A DNA stretch of 64,000 nt from Cycas panzhihuaensis (Eukaryota > Plantae > Cycadophyta): NCBI GenBank assembly GCA_023213395.1, contig CM041465.1:200081741-200145740 (forward strand), in the 5' to 3' direction. Below the pieces are notes generated by a model. That model was not told the DNA's origin, made no database searches, and saw only the letters and a program-made list of their open reading frames with translations. Each line of letters starts with the position of its first letter. Position 1 is the first letter of the stretch. The translations under genes were made by a program, and so were the position numbers. Positions 53,080-64,000 of this stretch are shown here, piece after piece.

Positions 53080-56000
53080 GCTTTCGGTTTAGGTAAGAAA
53101 AATGGGGAGGTGCAATCCCTATTATGTCATTTTTCCTATAAAAGCAACCGCGTAGCACACATATGTAAAGTGAATGCAAATAAATTGATTTGTTACACTT
53201 TTTATCTTTATGTGATTTATTATGCAAATACAATGAATGCCTAATAAAAGCACAAAAAGAAGGAGGTAGAGGAAGGGAAACGACGCATGCCCAGAAAGCG
53301 AAGCGGTTGATGGGAAATCTCACTTATATGCCATGTATGCCCTTTCGTCCTTAGTTGACGTGTAACCATATTGGAGTGAAAGTGAAGTGGGGGGCTTCCT
53401 TACCTTCCTCGTGTAAAGGATGAAACAAAGCAGGAAAGTAAATAGAGCCAAAAAACCATACAAGAAAGTGGAAAAATGGAAGAGGAAAGAAGGGCGAGGA
53501 CTTACCCAGATTAGTGCATTCTTTCCCTTCACAAACGCTGTCGTAAACCTACAATCACAAAGGGTTTTCCCTTCTAAGAAGGGGCTATCAAGATGCAAGA
53601 TACTATATAGGCAATGATACAAAATAAACGCTAAAATTTTATACCTTAAGTTAATAAAACTACTACTCAAATCAACTCTGCTCTCCTTTAAGAAAAACAA
53701 TGTATACCAAGTGAGAAAGGAAGGCTAGCCTCAGAATGGCAAAGCCCCCTATAAGTGGACCTCCACGCATCCTTAGAATATAACAGAATGGTGGTTATGT
53801 GACAGCCTATGAGCAGCAAACAAGCATGGGAATGAATGTCATAGGACGTGGAAGAGATGCCTAAGTAGCAGAGTCGCTATGGGCAGCGAATCACACACTA
53901 GCCTTGGACAATGTTAGGGGCTTAAAGAGGGCCCAAAGGGAGAGCACACATGCTTGGAACTAGTGCAACAAGGGTTATGTATGCTAATATCTAGAACAGG
54001 CTTGGGTCTCACCAACTCCTGGTTTGCTCAAGGGAAGCAAAAACATAAGAGAGGAAGGATGGGAAGGGCTTTTCCCTTGGGGAGTAGGCAGCCTTCACTT
54101 CACCCAGTCCTTATGGACCCTCTCCCACAACTTTCTTGAGAGAAACCAATGGAGAATGGGAGAAAGATTGAGGTATTGAAGCCAAAAAAAAGAAAGAGCA
54201 GTCCCTTTTACAACAAAAAGACCAAAAAGAGGAAAATAGTATACTTTTAAACAAGCTCTAATGGAGTAAATATGTGCTGAAACATAAAACCAAGGTAAGG
54301 GGTACCTGTTAGGCTATGTTAGGGGTAGATCTACCCCTACAAATAGTGGAAGATGGAAGGTCCTACAAGGTTTGTAGGGTACCTTACAAAGTGGAGCTGC
54401 AGGAGACACTTGCTGGATGAAACTGAAGGATAAGAGCAGAGATCTCGCTTCGAAATGCTTGGTGGAGAGTCTTCTGCCACATGACAGAGCTACTATAGGT
54501 GAATCCTGGGCTGGAATGGTAGAAAACACTAGCATCGTAGGCATACTTATGAAAAGAGAGGAAGGAGAGAGTAGAATTACATTAGTAGAAAGTGTTATTG
54601 GAGAGCTAAGAGAGGTAAAATGAGGTCTTTTTGGGGATATATCCCCATCCTAACCCTAATCGAGTGATTATGGTTCAGGTAGGGCTGATTTGGTAATTTA
54701 TCCATGTGGAAGTTCCATAAAAAAAATGAGAATTGCCATGGTGGATAAAAAAATAATGAGCAACAATCACACCGTGGTAAACCTCATAGTACCGCGGTAA
54801 ACTTTGCGGTACCGCTTTAGTTTATAGCGATGCGAGATCAGAATGCTAAAATAGCAATGGAGAGAGTTCTAGAAGCCCTAAATGGAGATGTGCTAGGTCT
54901 AGGAGAGGCTAGACCTTCTATCCAGGTGGCTAGGGACAGTCCAGATGACATGTAGGCTAGACCAAATGAGACATCAGGAGATAGGATTCCCAAAAGTGTT
55001 ATAAAAGAATGCGAGATCAAGGTGTGAGCAGATCACATGAGTTAAGTGAGGCTTGAGGTGACGTGGAGGTAGCACGAAGGATTGTAGAGTGCCATAGGGA
55101 TTCCTACCTCGTGGAGAGGTAGGCCCCATGGGTTGTCATAGGCTGAAAATATGACAAGCAGCATGATCAAGCAACAGATGTAAGGTGATCACTCAAATGT
55201 GGCAGTCAATCATATAATAAAGCAATGCTTCTATCTACCTTTCTAAACAAACAATAAAGGTGAAAAGGAATAAGCATACCTGTACTTACTTGAGTTGATC
55301 TGTCCATACCCATTCCCAGTAGCCTAGGTGAGATGGGATACTGCCACCTGGGAGTCGCAAAGAAGAAAAATGAATCAATGGTAAAAACAGAGCATATCGA
55401 TGAGGGCTTTAATAACGGACGTATACTCAGCTTTGTTATTGGTGGCCTCAGGGAGGAAGACTCCAGAACATAGGAAATCATATCTGGAAGGGTTGCGAAG
55501 AATCCACATGGTGGCAGAGGGACCAAGATTACTGCGGCTTCTCTCGTCGGTGAAGATGAAGAGAGTCATGGGTGAGAAAAGAAAGTGTCTCGGTAGAGAA
55601 AATATGTAATAGAGTCGTAGTCGTAGAAAAAGGGACTCATATGGCTAGTAATGATGTCTACAAAGGGTAGGAGGACCCAACAATGAGGCTAACCGAGGAT
55701 AGGAGTAGACTATTCAACCACTAGCAGAGAGCAGGCAGCGAGAAGGCCACCCTAAGGTGCCAAAGGTTGCTTAAGAAAGCAAAGAGCGATTCTAAATGGA
55801 GGGAGCATTCCCTTTGGAGACCCCAGGGGCATGAACGGGCTGCAAAAATGAATCTATGATGGTGAAACGAGCCAAATGAGTATAAACTCGAGCATGCACA
55901 GGAGTGGCATGTAAAACAAGATAGAAGAGCCCTGTTTCCCAACTACTGGGAATGGACTCGAGACACATCGACCCAGGTATGTTCAGGTATACGTTCTCAC

Positions 56001-58195
56001 TTCTTCCTGCTCATGCTTGATTGAGATTATTTAGTGTAGACTACTTGATATATGCCTGCCTACATGCATTGCTTCTCTGCCTGATCATATTGCATGTGCT
56101 TACAGCATACTATCAGCCTATGACGACTTACAATGGGGGCATTCCTCAGTGAACGCTACACCCCATATGGCGCACATCCACCCACATTGTCTCCACAACC
56201 TCTCAGGATATTTCAGTTAGTTATGTCTACCTATTTTATGACATTTTGCTCACGTTGCAGTCTCTTCCAAGTTTGGTTAATCCCTTGGTTGAGACTCACT
56301 TTACTGTTCTAGCTGCTTGCCCATCATTTAGATGTTTCCCCCTAATGTTTTAGGCTTAATTTACCCTTAATAACAGCTCCAAAACCTTTATTTCTGCTGT
56401 TTTATTCCTTTTTCTGTTGCCAGTCTGGTACCGCTGCAAACTCAGTAGTACCGCAATCTTTGCCACGGTACCGCCAGGTTTGCCGTGGTACGACAGTTTG
56501 AATTTCAAAAAAGAAAACCACGCGACAGTTTCCGCTTTTTTCACAGAACTACCATGTGGCTCCTGTCGATTCACGTCGCCCTGACATCCCCAACGTTTAC
56601 CAGCAGTGAACAGGGGATAAAGGGGGGTTTTCCTCCTCATTTTGAGATCTTTTGCCCATTCTTCTAACTTTTTACTCAAAATTTACATAGAAAGACATAC
56701 ACTACATTCACAGAAACCTATCACAAAGGAGAAGACACTGCTACAAGCTAGATTTTCAGGGACCATTGCTGCCCCCACAACTCTCAACAGTAGGCTTCAC
56801 ATCTTCTTGCAAGTGACCAAGGTTTCAAGGAAGATTTCTACTAAAAGCTCCTCAAAAGGACCAACTACCAAGGTTCCAAGCTTACAAAGATATTTCTACA
56901 CTTCACTCTTGCAAAAACTTGCCACTATTATTCACCATATGCTGGCTATTTCTGCTATTTCCTAACAGCAAACTTATGTTTGGTTCTTCCCCAACAAGGT
57001 ACTCTCTGCTCTTACTTGCAATTTGTGTTGTTCTTGTTTCTTTTATGTTTTGGTGAATAAATTTCTAGTTTGTATAGCTTTATGTTGTTGCACTTGATGA
57101 ACACCACTTTCTTTTTCTTTTGAGACATTCTTGTTTCCCCCAATCATTCCACTCAACTCGTTCTTAGTTGGCTGTTGCAAAGGGGCAACATAAAGAGGAT
57201 TTGAGGGAGGTAGGTGGGTTCTGTCCCCTGTTCTGCCCTTCTCCCCAAGGGTTTTGTCCCTTATCCTCTTTTCCTTTGTCATCAAAGCCTTCCTATGAAT
57301 CAGGTTAAGGGATTTTGGAGAATTCAGTTTCGGAGCTAAAACCAGCTTTGGCAACCCGTTGCCACACCAGTTCTAGAAATTCCATCTGTCAGTGTTGAGC
57401 CCTACCTAAGCCCCAAACCTTTCCATTGCTCTCTTATTTTTTACTATTTGCTGTCCCATGACCTTGTTGTGAGCCTGTTCCTCCCTTCCGAGTTCCGTGG
57501 AGACTCTTTGTGGGTGAGTTAGCCATTCCGAGGCTATACTCTTTTCCTTTGTGGGTATGCTTATGGTGTACGTTGGCAGGAGATTTTATTACATGTTGTC
57601 ATTTTACTTTGCTACATATTGATGCTTAGCATAGATTTATGTAGTTCTATTTGATTTTAGTACCTATATTCAGTATATTTTGTGGCTCCTCTTCTGAGAG
57701 GGAGGTACTCTCCTAACTTGCTTGCAGGATCTTGCGTTAGTGGAGTTGCACGCGGAACGAAACCCATTGCAGGTTAGTTCTACGTTTAGTGCATTCCTTG
57801 TTCTTTCACACTTTTTCTTTTGCTTCTTTTCAGCTTTTTTACTTTTGCATGTTTACGAGGAGGTATGTTAGCCCCTCTTCGGTTGCTTACGGGAACTATC
57901 GCCAACCAGCATCGCATGCACAATGAGCAGAATAGAAAGGAGCGGGAGCTAAAGGGACGAGCAACACTCCACTCGGGAACCAGATCTAGGTACTCTTTTT
58001 ATTCCCTACATATCTCTTTTACACCGTCGTCTTTTATACATATACTTTTATAGTTAGGAACGTGTAAAGAATTAAAAAGGGAAAAAGGAATGTGTGTTTA
58101 CTTTACATTGTTTCGTCCATCGGTTAGCTTAGCATAGTTAGATTGTTTGTATTGTGTTAGAGCTACCCACATTGTACCCTCTTTTTACCTACGCT
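53080..58195. repeat. Large diverged inverted repeat (arms ~53080-55322 and ~55943-58195)
   Basis: Mirror anchors with near-constant coordinate sum (~111,260): 55310-55322/55943-55955 (13/13), 55135-55146/56113-56124 (12/12), 54617-54625/56635-56643 (9/9), 53726-53740/57522-57536 (14/15), 53401-53412/57855-57865, plus GGTACC clusters 54770-54815/56425-56490. Confidence 0.85.
55325..55569 (-). pseudogene. Archaeal-type RNase H (aRH) domain, N-terminal portion
   Basis: TLFIFTDERSRSNLGPSATMWILRNP...GVFLPEATNNKAEYTSVIKALI...*FIFLLCDSQVAV matches the aRH pattern FDGASRGNPGxAG...ATNNxAEY...GDSQLV. Confidence 0.85.
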
Positions 58196-59329
58196 TAGAC
58201 ATATTTACTTGCCTTTCTGTCTCGTTCCCTTCTCATTTCCTTGAGAAGACGCAATGCACCAGGCACTTTCTCCTCTTCCTGGCCATCTGAGGGGTAGGAA
58301 GGCCTCGCTTTGCACGGCTACCTGGAAGTAACCAGGCACCTCTATAGTCCCGAATCCGCGCTCCGGCACGGACGCCCTGCGAGGTGAAGTCCTTGCTGTT
58401 TAGTTTAACTAGCTTTGTACCTTTCATCCCCTTTTGCTAGACGTAGGGACACCACCCCGCGGCAAGCGTTTCAGGCCCTAGCAAAAATGAGTCAGCAAGG
58501 CGCCATAAATGCACCTGAAAGAACAGGCAAAACAAGGACTATAGAAGAGAAAGAGGAGACAGGGCCAGAAGGCAATAGTGATCAGGGATGAGAGATGGCC
58601 TCAAGGGCTATCTTGAAGGCAAAAACAGAGAAAGTACCCATTGAGACCCCCACCTATATAAGGAAACTCGATTAAAATAGGATTCATTTTCGCGAGCTCA
58701 TGAATGAATCAGAGCCCTTTCCTTACGCAGCAGAGCACTACCTAACTTTGGAGACATGAAGAGGAGGATCTGACCATTGGATTGAGACGCGGAGACAACC
58801 ATTGAGACCAGAGCAATGAGATGGTGATGGCACGACCAGTTCTAGTTAGTAGATTATCAAAACCCAACCCCATCTCGCAGTTTGAATTTTATTGCTTTTC
58901 ATATCTTTTTAGTGTAGTTTTGGGCCTCTTAAAGGTAAGAAGTGATCTCCCGCAGTCTAGATTGGACCCAGAGAGAGGTGGGACTGAGGCATTAGGAAGC
59001 CCTGGTCCTAGTGAGCCAGAAAGTGGCTCACTCGGGCAAAATTTTTTGGGGTCTTTGGGTAGAAAACTCTCTTTTTTGGGGGGTGACGTTCACACTGCGG
59101 CAAAGATTGCGGTGCCACGATCTTTGCCGCTAGGCCCTGATCGCTGTAGGACCTAGGCCAAACTCTACGGTATCATGAAGTTTAGTGCAGTGCGAAGGCA
59201 AACTTGATGAAAAATAAAGAAGGGGGCCCAAGGGTACCCAAATCTTGACCAAATGAGGCCGAGGGACAGTCCAGAGGACAAAGAGGTGAGCATGAGTGAT
59301 GTTTTGACTTGTTTTGGGGTGTTTTGCAG

Positions 59330-61265
59330 GTGGTGATCACGGTGGACAATCATGAGAACATCGGCATGGTGATGTTGAGATTTATAGAGATGATGTCTCG
59401 TGAGGACAGGTAGACTTTGGCTAGGTATGGCCTGCTGAAGGTCACAAGGATGCCACTGTATACATCAGATCAGAGGCTCCTAGTAGACATCGTCTCACAC
59501 TAGGACAGATAGAGACACGTGTTCCATCTACCCCAGGTAGAAGACATGATAGTCATACCAGGGGACATTAGGAGGATATTGGGAGTGCTAGTGACAGGGA
59601 GGCCAACATTGCTAGGGGCGCTACCTTACAATGAGGCGGCACACATGGAGGCAGCCACATACTTCACGGGCTCAGACAGATGGGAGATGAGAGGTATCCC
59701 CTTGCAGAGTATGGTTATGTTAGGAGTTCATCGTACGAGGAAACTGATCATGCTGTGCATTCTGTTCTGGATATCCCAAAAACAGAACTATCGAGACATT
59801 CCCAGTAGGTGGATGGATGTTGTGAGGAGATGTGAGGTTAGGGAGAGGCCAAGGAGAGACTAAATTGGGTTACCCTCATAGTGGTGAACTTAGTTGCCCA
59901 ACTAGATGCTATTTGGGTGGCAGGGAAGGGTGGCTTATCATACAACACCCTTCTACAGTGTTGGTTCTTTGATCACTTTGGAGTGGTGGCACCAGCAGGG
60001 GGACCACAACCCATTTCAAAGTGGGCCCCCATGGTACACAGGTGGTGGACCAGGTTCAGGGGGACCAAGGACCAGGCACATGTCCGTCGCTTGGTGGAGG
60101 CCACATCACTGGACCTCCTCACTATGGCAGATTTCATATCAGATCCATATCGAGCGGTGAGGTGGGATAGTGATGACGAGGCAGGTGGGGCAAGAGTTGT
60201 CCCAGGAGACAATGGAGATGGAGGAGATGGCGGTGACAGGGCTGGCTCGTCAGGAGCTGCAGGAGGAGGTGCAGGTCTATCAGGGATCGTAGGAGGAGAG
60301 GCAGGTCCATCAGGGACTGTAGGAGGAGAGGCGGGCCCTTCAGGAGCTGCAAAGGAGAGTAGGGGCCAGTGACCCGAGCCCAGAGGTTACAGATAGTCAG
60401 GAGATCTAGGGAGGCAACATCACCAACAGAGAAGAGGAGGGATGCCCCAGTAGCTTAGGTGGTTGTCGAGGAGATACTAGAGGAGGAGGAGGTACCTGCA
60501 GCTGGTGGAATGCCTGGGGAAGAGGCTATCATCTGAGTCGAGGAGCCGGCAATCACACCAGGTGAGACACTACCTTCTCCTGTCATCTTTCGATTGCTAG
60601 ATGTTGTTTGATTTTGGTTTGGCATGTACATGGACACGTACTAACGCGTGACGTGTTGGATTTGCAGGTATGGTGGAGATCTAGAGATTGGTGGAGGTAG
60701 TAGGCTGGGAGATGTTCCCCCAGGTCTACACGGAGGGGAACCTCCTATCTAGGCCAGAGATGAGCCCAGATCGGCAGGTGCACACACGGCAGAATTCGCC
60801 CCATTGGTGAGGGTGAGGGATGTCTGGATAGCAGAGTCCCAGGAGCACGAGGCATGTGCAAAATGCCTACAGGCAGAGCTGGATGAGACCCGGGCCGAGA
60901 TGGATGCTCTACAAGGTAGGGTACAGGAGCTGGAGGCTCAGGAAGGTGCCGGGGGGGATGTCGAGAGTCACATCTGGATGGCAGTGATGGAGGAGCATAT
61001 CTGAGGGATGCAGGAGAGGCTCCAAGGAGCAGAGGGAGATCGAGATCATATCTAGGCTTGATATGATTGGCTAGTGGACAAGGTGGCCTTGAGGTCATTA
61101 TGGAGCAGAACCTATACACATATGGCGATGACGACCCCTAGGAGGCCACGAGATGAGGGGAGCGAGGAAGAGAGCTCCTAGAGGCGCAGGAGGAGCCTAA
61201 GAGGCATGTGGTCCCCAGGAGAGGGATTACATAGGCGGAAGGCGATGCCGAGGCGGGCGGGTAGT
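59330..61265 (+). pseudogene. Spliced plant mobile domain (PMD) gene, antisense to pol, with C-terminal coiled coil
   Basis: DQRLLVDIVSH*DR*RHVFHLPQVEDMIVIPGDIRRILGVLVTG and LLQCWFFDHF match PMD motifs (LVERW..ETHTFHLP.GEMTITLEDV..ILGLP..G; LLQxW..EHF). Gly-rich linker, intron 60562-60667 (GTGAGA..TACTAAC..TTTGCAG), coiled coil LQAELDETRAEMDALQGRVQELE. TATATAA at 58655. In-frame stops present. Confidence 0.82.
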
Positions 61266-61988
61266 AGAGTAGGAGTTTTAGTTTGATGAGGGAGAAAGCA
61301 CGAACCTCCAGGGAGTCGCCATATATTACCACATGATTGTACTCCTCCTTGTAAGGACTCCGGCTTCCCATGGATGATGTACCATACTAGTTATATGATA
61401 TGACACATGATGATTATTTTTATGTATATATACGGGGTGATTGATACCCCATTTGATGTATGATGATGTGTGCAATGACATGTGATGGATGATATATATT
61501 TGTTTCCATGTTTGTGTATGTATGTATATGAGGGTGCACAGATGCACGGGGATATGGTTGATGATATTTTGAGTTGATTATTGTATGATTTTTGAGCTAT
61601 GACATTTGTTTGAGCTATACACACTTCCTCTCATGCAGGGCCATATTCTGAGCAGAGGCACACACGATCACCATGAGCAATGGTGATAGAGGTGTGTGAG
61701 GCTAGGAGATAGGGCAGTGCACATATCTATGTGGGAGCATAGCAGAATATGCAAAGGAAGAGAAAATGACAAGGGAGTGTGACACTCCAACGCATCATCC
61801 TACTTGGGGATATAACCAAGTAGGAAGACAAAGACCCCAGAGGAAGGGGAACAAGAGGTTCCACGAGAGGTACCTAAAGGGAACAAGAGAGCCACCCTAA
61901 GCTGCCATCTCGTTTATGGCTAGGAGGAATGGGAACACACTTAGGATGGTAGTTTAGGCTTCAGAGCGTGGAAAAGGCAGTAAAGAGA

Positions 61989-64000
61989 TTACGCATAGAA
62001 TTTTTTGAGAAATTTCCTATTAACGACTTTCTTAAATTCAAGGCCCTTGAGGGTGATGATCCTATAGGCACCGTTATCGAGACTCTTGAGAATGACAAAG
62101 GGACCAACCCATTTGGGTTTGAATTTAGTCAAGCAGTCATGAAGATATTCTAGCTTGAGGACTTGGTCTCCGGGATACAAAGGACGAGAACGAAGGTGCT
62201 TATCATAAGTCCTTTACGAGCGAGCTTTAGACGTGAGATTAGCCTGGTAAGTGGCTAAACGTCTCTCGTCTAAAGCCTTGAGATCTAAGAGGTGAGCCTG
62301 ATAAATAGACTCCTCATCGATAAGACCTCGAAGAGAAACTCATAGAGAGGGGATCTCCACTTCCAATGGGAGTACCGCCTTGGTCCTGTAGACAAAGGAG
62401 AATAGAGTCATTCCTGTAGCCACACGGATAGAGGCACGATAGGCCCATAAGGTGAAAGGAAGCTAGAGGTGCTAATCTCTTTGAGATTGGGTAATAGTTT
62501 TCTTTAATATGTTGATGAGAGTTTTGTTGAATAATTCAAACTGACCATTTGCTTGGGGGTAATAAGGAGAAGAGGTTTTGTAAGAGATTTTGAATTTCTC
62601 ACAAAGTTTGTCCATCTCCTTATTACAAAAAGGAGTTTCATTGTCTGTAATCAAGATGTCAGGAATCCTAAAATGGTAAATGATATGTTAGTAGACGAAA
62701 GTGGCTATCATCTTGCCAGGGGTAGTGATCAAGGGAATGGCTTCTGCGCATTTCATAAAGTACTCTATGATAGTCAAGATGAACTTATGCTATGATGAAG
62801 AGGGCGGTGATATAGCCCTAATAAGGTCTAAACCCCATAAGGCGAAGGGTCATGGAGATACGATGGGATGAAGAGCCTCAGAAGGCACGTGGGTGATGTT
62901 GGCATGCTCTTGGCATCGCCAACATCTCAAGGTGTAGGCATGGGCATCCTTAAAGAAGGACGACCAATAATAGCCCATACGAAGGATCCTCTTAGCCATG
63001 GATTAGCCCCCACAAATTCCATGGTGGCATTCGCAGAGTATCTGGTTCGCTTCGTCAGAAATGACACAACAGAGGAGGATCCTGTCAAAGGATCTCTTGT
63101 ACAATACTTCATCTATAAGGAAGTATTGCCTAGTGGTGGTCTGAATGTGTGACCTAACCTTGTTACTAGCTTCTGGGTGGTACTACTACTGAGTAAGGTA
63201 TCACACAATGCCACCATACCACTCACTATCAATAAGTGGATAGGAAGGAGTGCCCTGAATAGTCAAGATAGATTCATCAGGAAGAGAGTCGTCAACGGGA
63301 GCATCAAACGAGTTAGGGACAGGGGCATCCACAAGCTGTTCTTCCACTACCATCCGCTTCTTCAATTTCCTGTTGACGATATGGAGATCGAATTCCTGAA
63401 AGAGGACGGCCCAATGACTAGTCCTACCTATCAGGTCAGAACGGGTGAGTAAATAACGCAAGGGATCAGATTGAATGATCACCTTAATACTGTTTCTGAG
63501 TAAGTAGTATCTAAACTTCTTGGTTGTGTGAATCAAGGAGAGGCATTCCTTCTCGGCTGGAGAGTAGTTGAGCTCGACAGCCATGAGGGTGCGGCTGATG
63601 AAGTAGATGGCTTTCTCGGTTCCTGAAATGTCCTCCTGGGCCAGCATAGCACCCAAGTACTCATCGATCACTGAGGTATAAAGGATGAAGGGCCTATCAA
63701 AGTGAGGGGGCACCAACGTCGAAGTAAAAATGAGGGATTTCTTAAATCCTTCGAAAGCTTATTGGGCCTTAATCGACTAAACAAATGGGGCTCCATTCTT
63801 TAATAGGTTAGTAAGAGGTTTGGGGTTCACTGCGAAGTTTGCCAAGAAACACCTAAAGAATCTGAGTCTACCTAAAAACAACTTAATTTATCATTGAGTT
63901 CTAGGTGGCGGCATGTCAAGGATTACCTTGACTTTGTCAGGGTCAATTTAAATTCCTTGTTTCGACATGAGGAAACTAAGGAGTTTGCCAGAAGTGACGA
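61989..64000 (-). pseudogene. Tat-type pol: RT C-terminus, RNase H, integrase
   Basis: RPFILY...LGAMLAQ..EKAIYFISRTL...NYSPAEKECL (RH); ITDNETPF..SSPYYPQANGQ (INT core); KFKPKWVGPF...VNRKFLKKFYA (GPY/F). No aRH between RH and INT. Confidence 0.93.

Larger units (their letters stand above)
52539..64000 (-). mobile_element. Tat-clade Ty3/gypsy element (3' LTR, ~9 kb 3' region, INT, RH, end of RT); runs off window
   Basis: Putative 3' LTR 52539-52972 (TGTAGC...TTCCA on minus), PPT AGAGGGAG (52973-52980), pol at 61989-64000 with Tat/Ogre-type RH and integrase. Confidence 0.85.

Noticed and set aside
56356-57354. ~100-aa ORFs in the inverted-repeat arms as proteins
   Set aside because: Non-ATG starts, not conserved in the mirror arm, no motifs.
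59286-59329. 44 nt GT-AG intron before the PMD exon
   Set aside because: Too short for a typical plant intron; the donor at 58935 is more plausible.

Overview
Plant nuclear DNA from a large, heavily methylated genome (CpG-depleted, TE-saturated); the element types suggest a gymnosperm, which is inference. There is one intact host gene: an intronless 197-aa conserved plant protein at 28775-29368, in a CpG island and preceded by a 10-codon uORF. The rest is two stacks of nested, decayed TEs. Left stack: a short-LTR non-autonomous element (2010-6655, -) carrying host-gene fragments (AP2/ERF, PLS-PPR, near-complete intronless IPT9), then a chromovirus gypsy interrupted by a SINE (itself split by a copia) and by a second gypsy. 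Right stack: a copia (-) split by a full-length copia (+) and by a deleted copia derivative carrying antisense VPS13 and inositol-transporter fragments; a Tat-type Ty3/gypsy inserted into that derivative. The ~9 kb 3' region of the Tat element is the most unusual part. It holds a detached archaeal-type RNase H in the spacer of a ~2.2 kb-arm diverged inverted repeat whose arms look like two divergent, paralogous, spliced, ORF-less transcription units. It also holds an antisense spliced plant-mobile-domain (PMD) gene, and CpG-rich GGTACC-type palindrome clusters lie in all three units. All homology calls come from manual translation and recall, not database searches.
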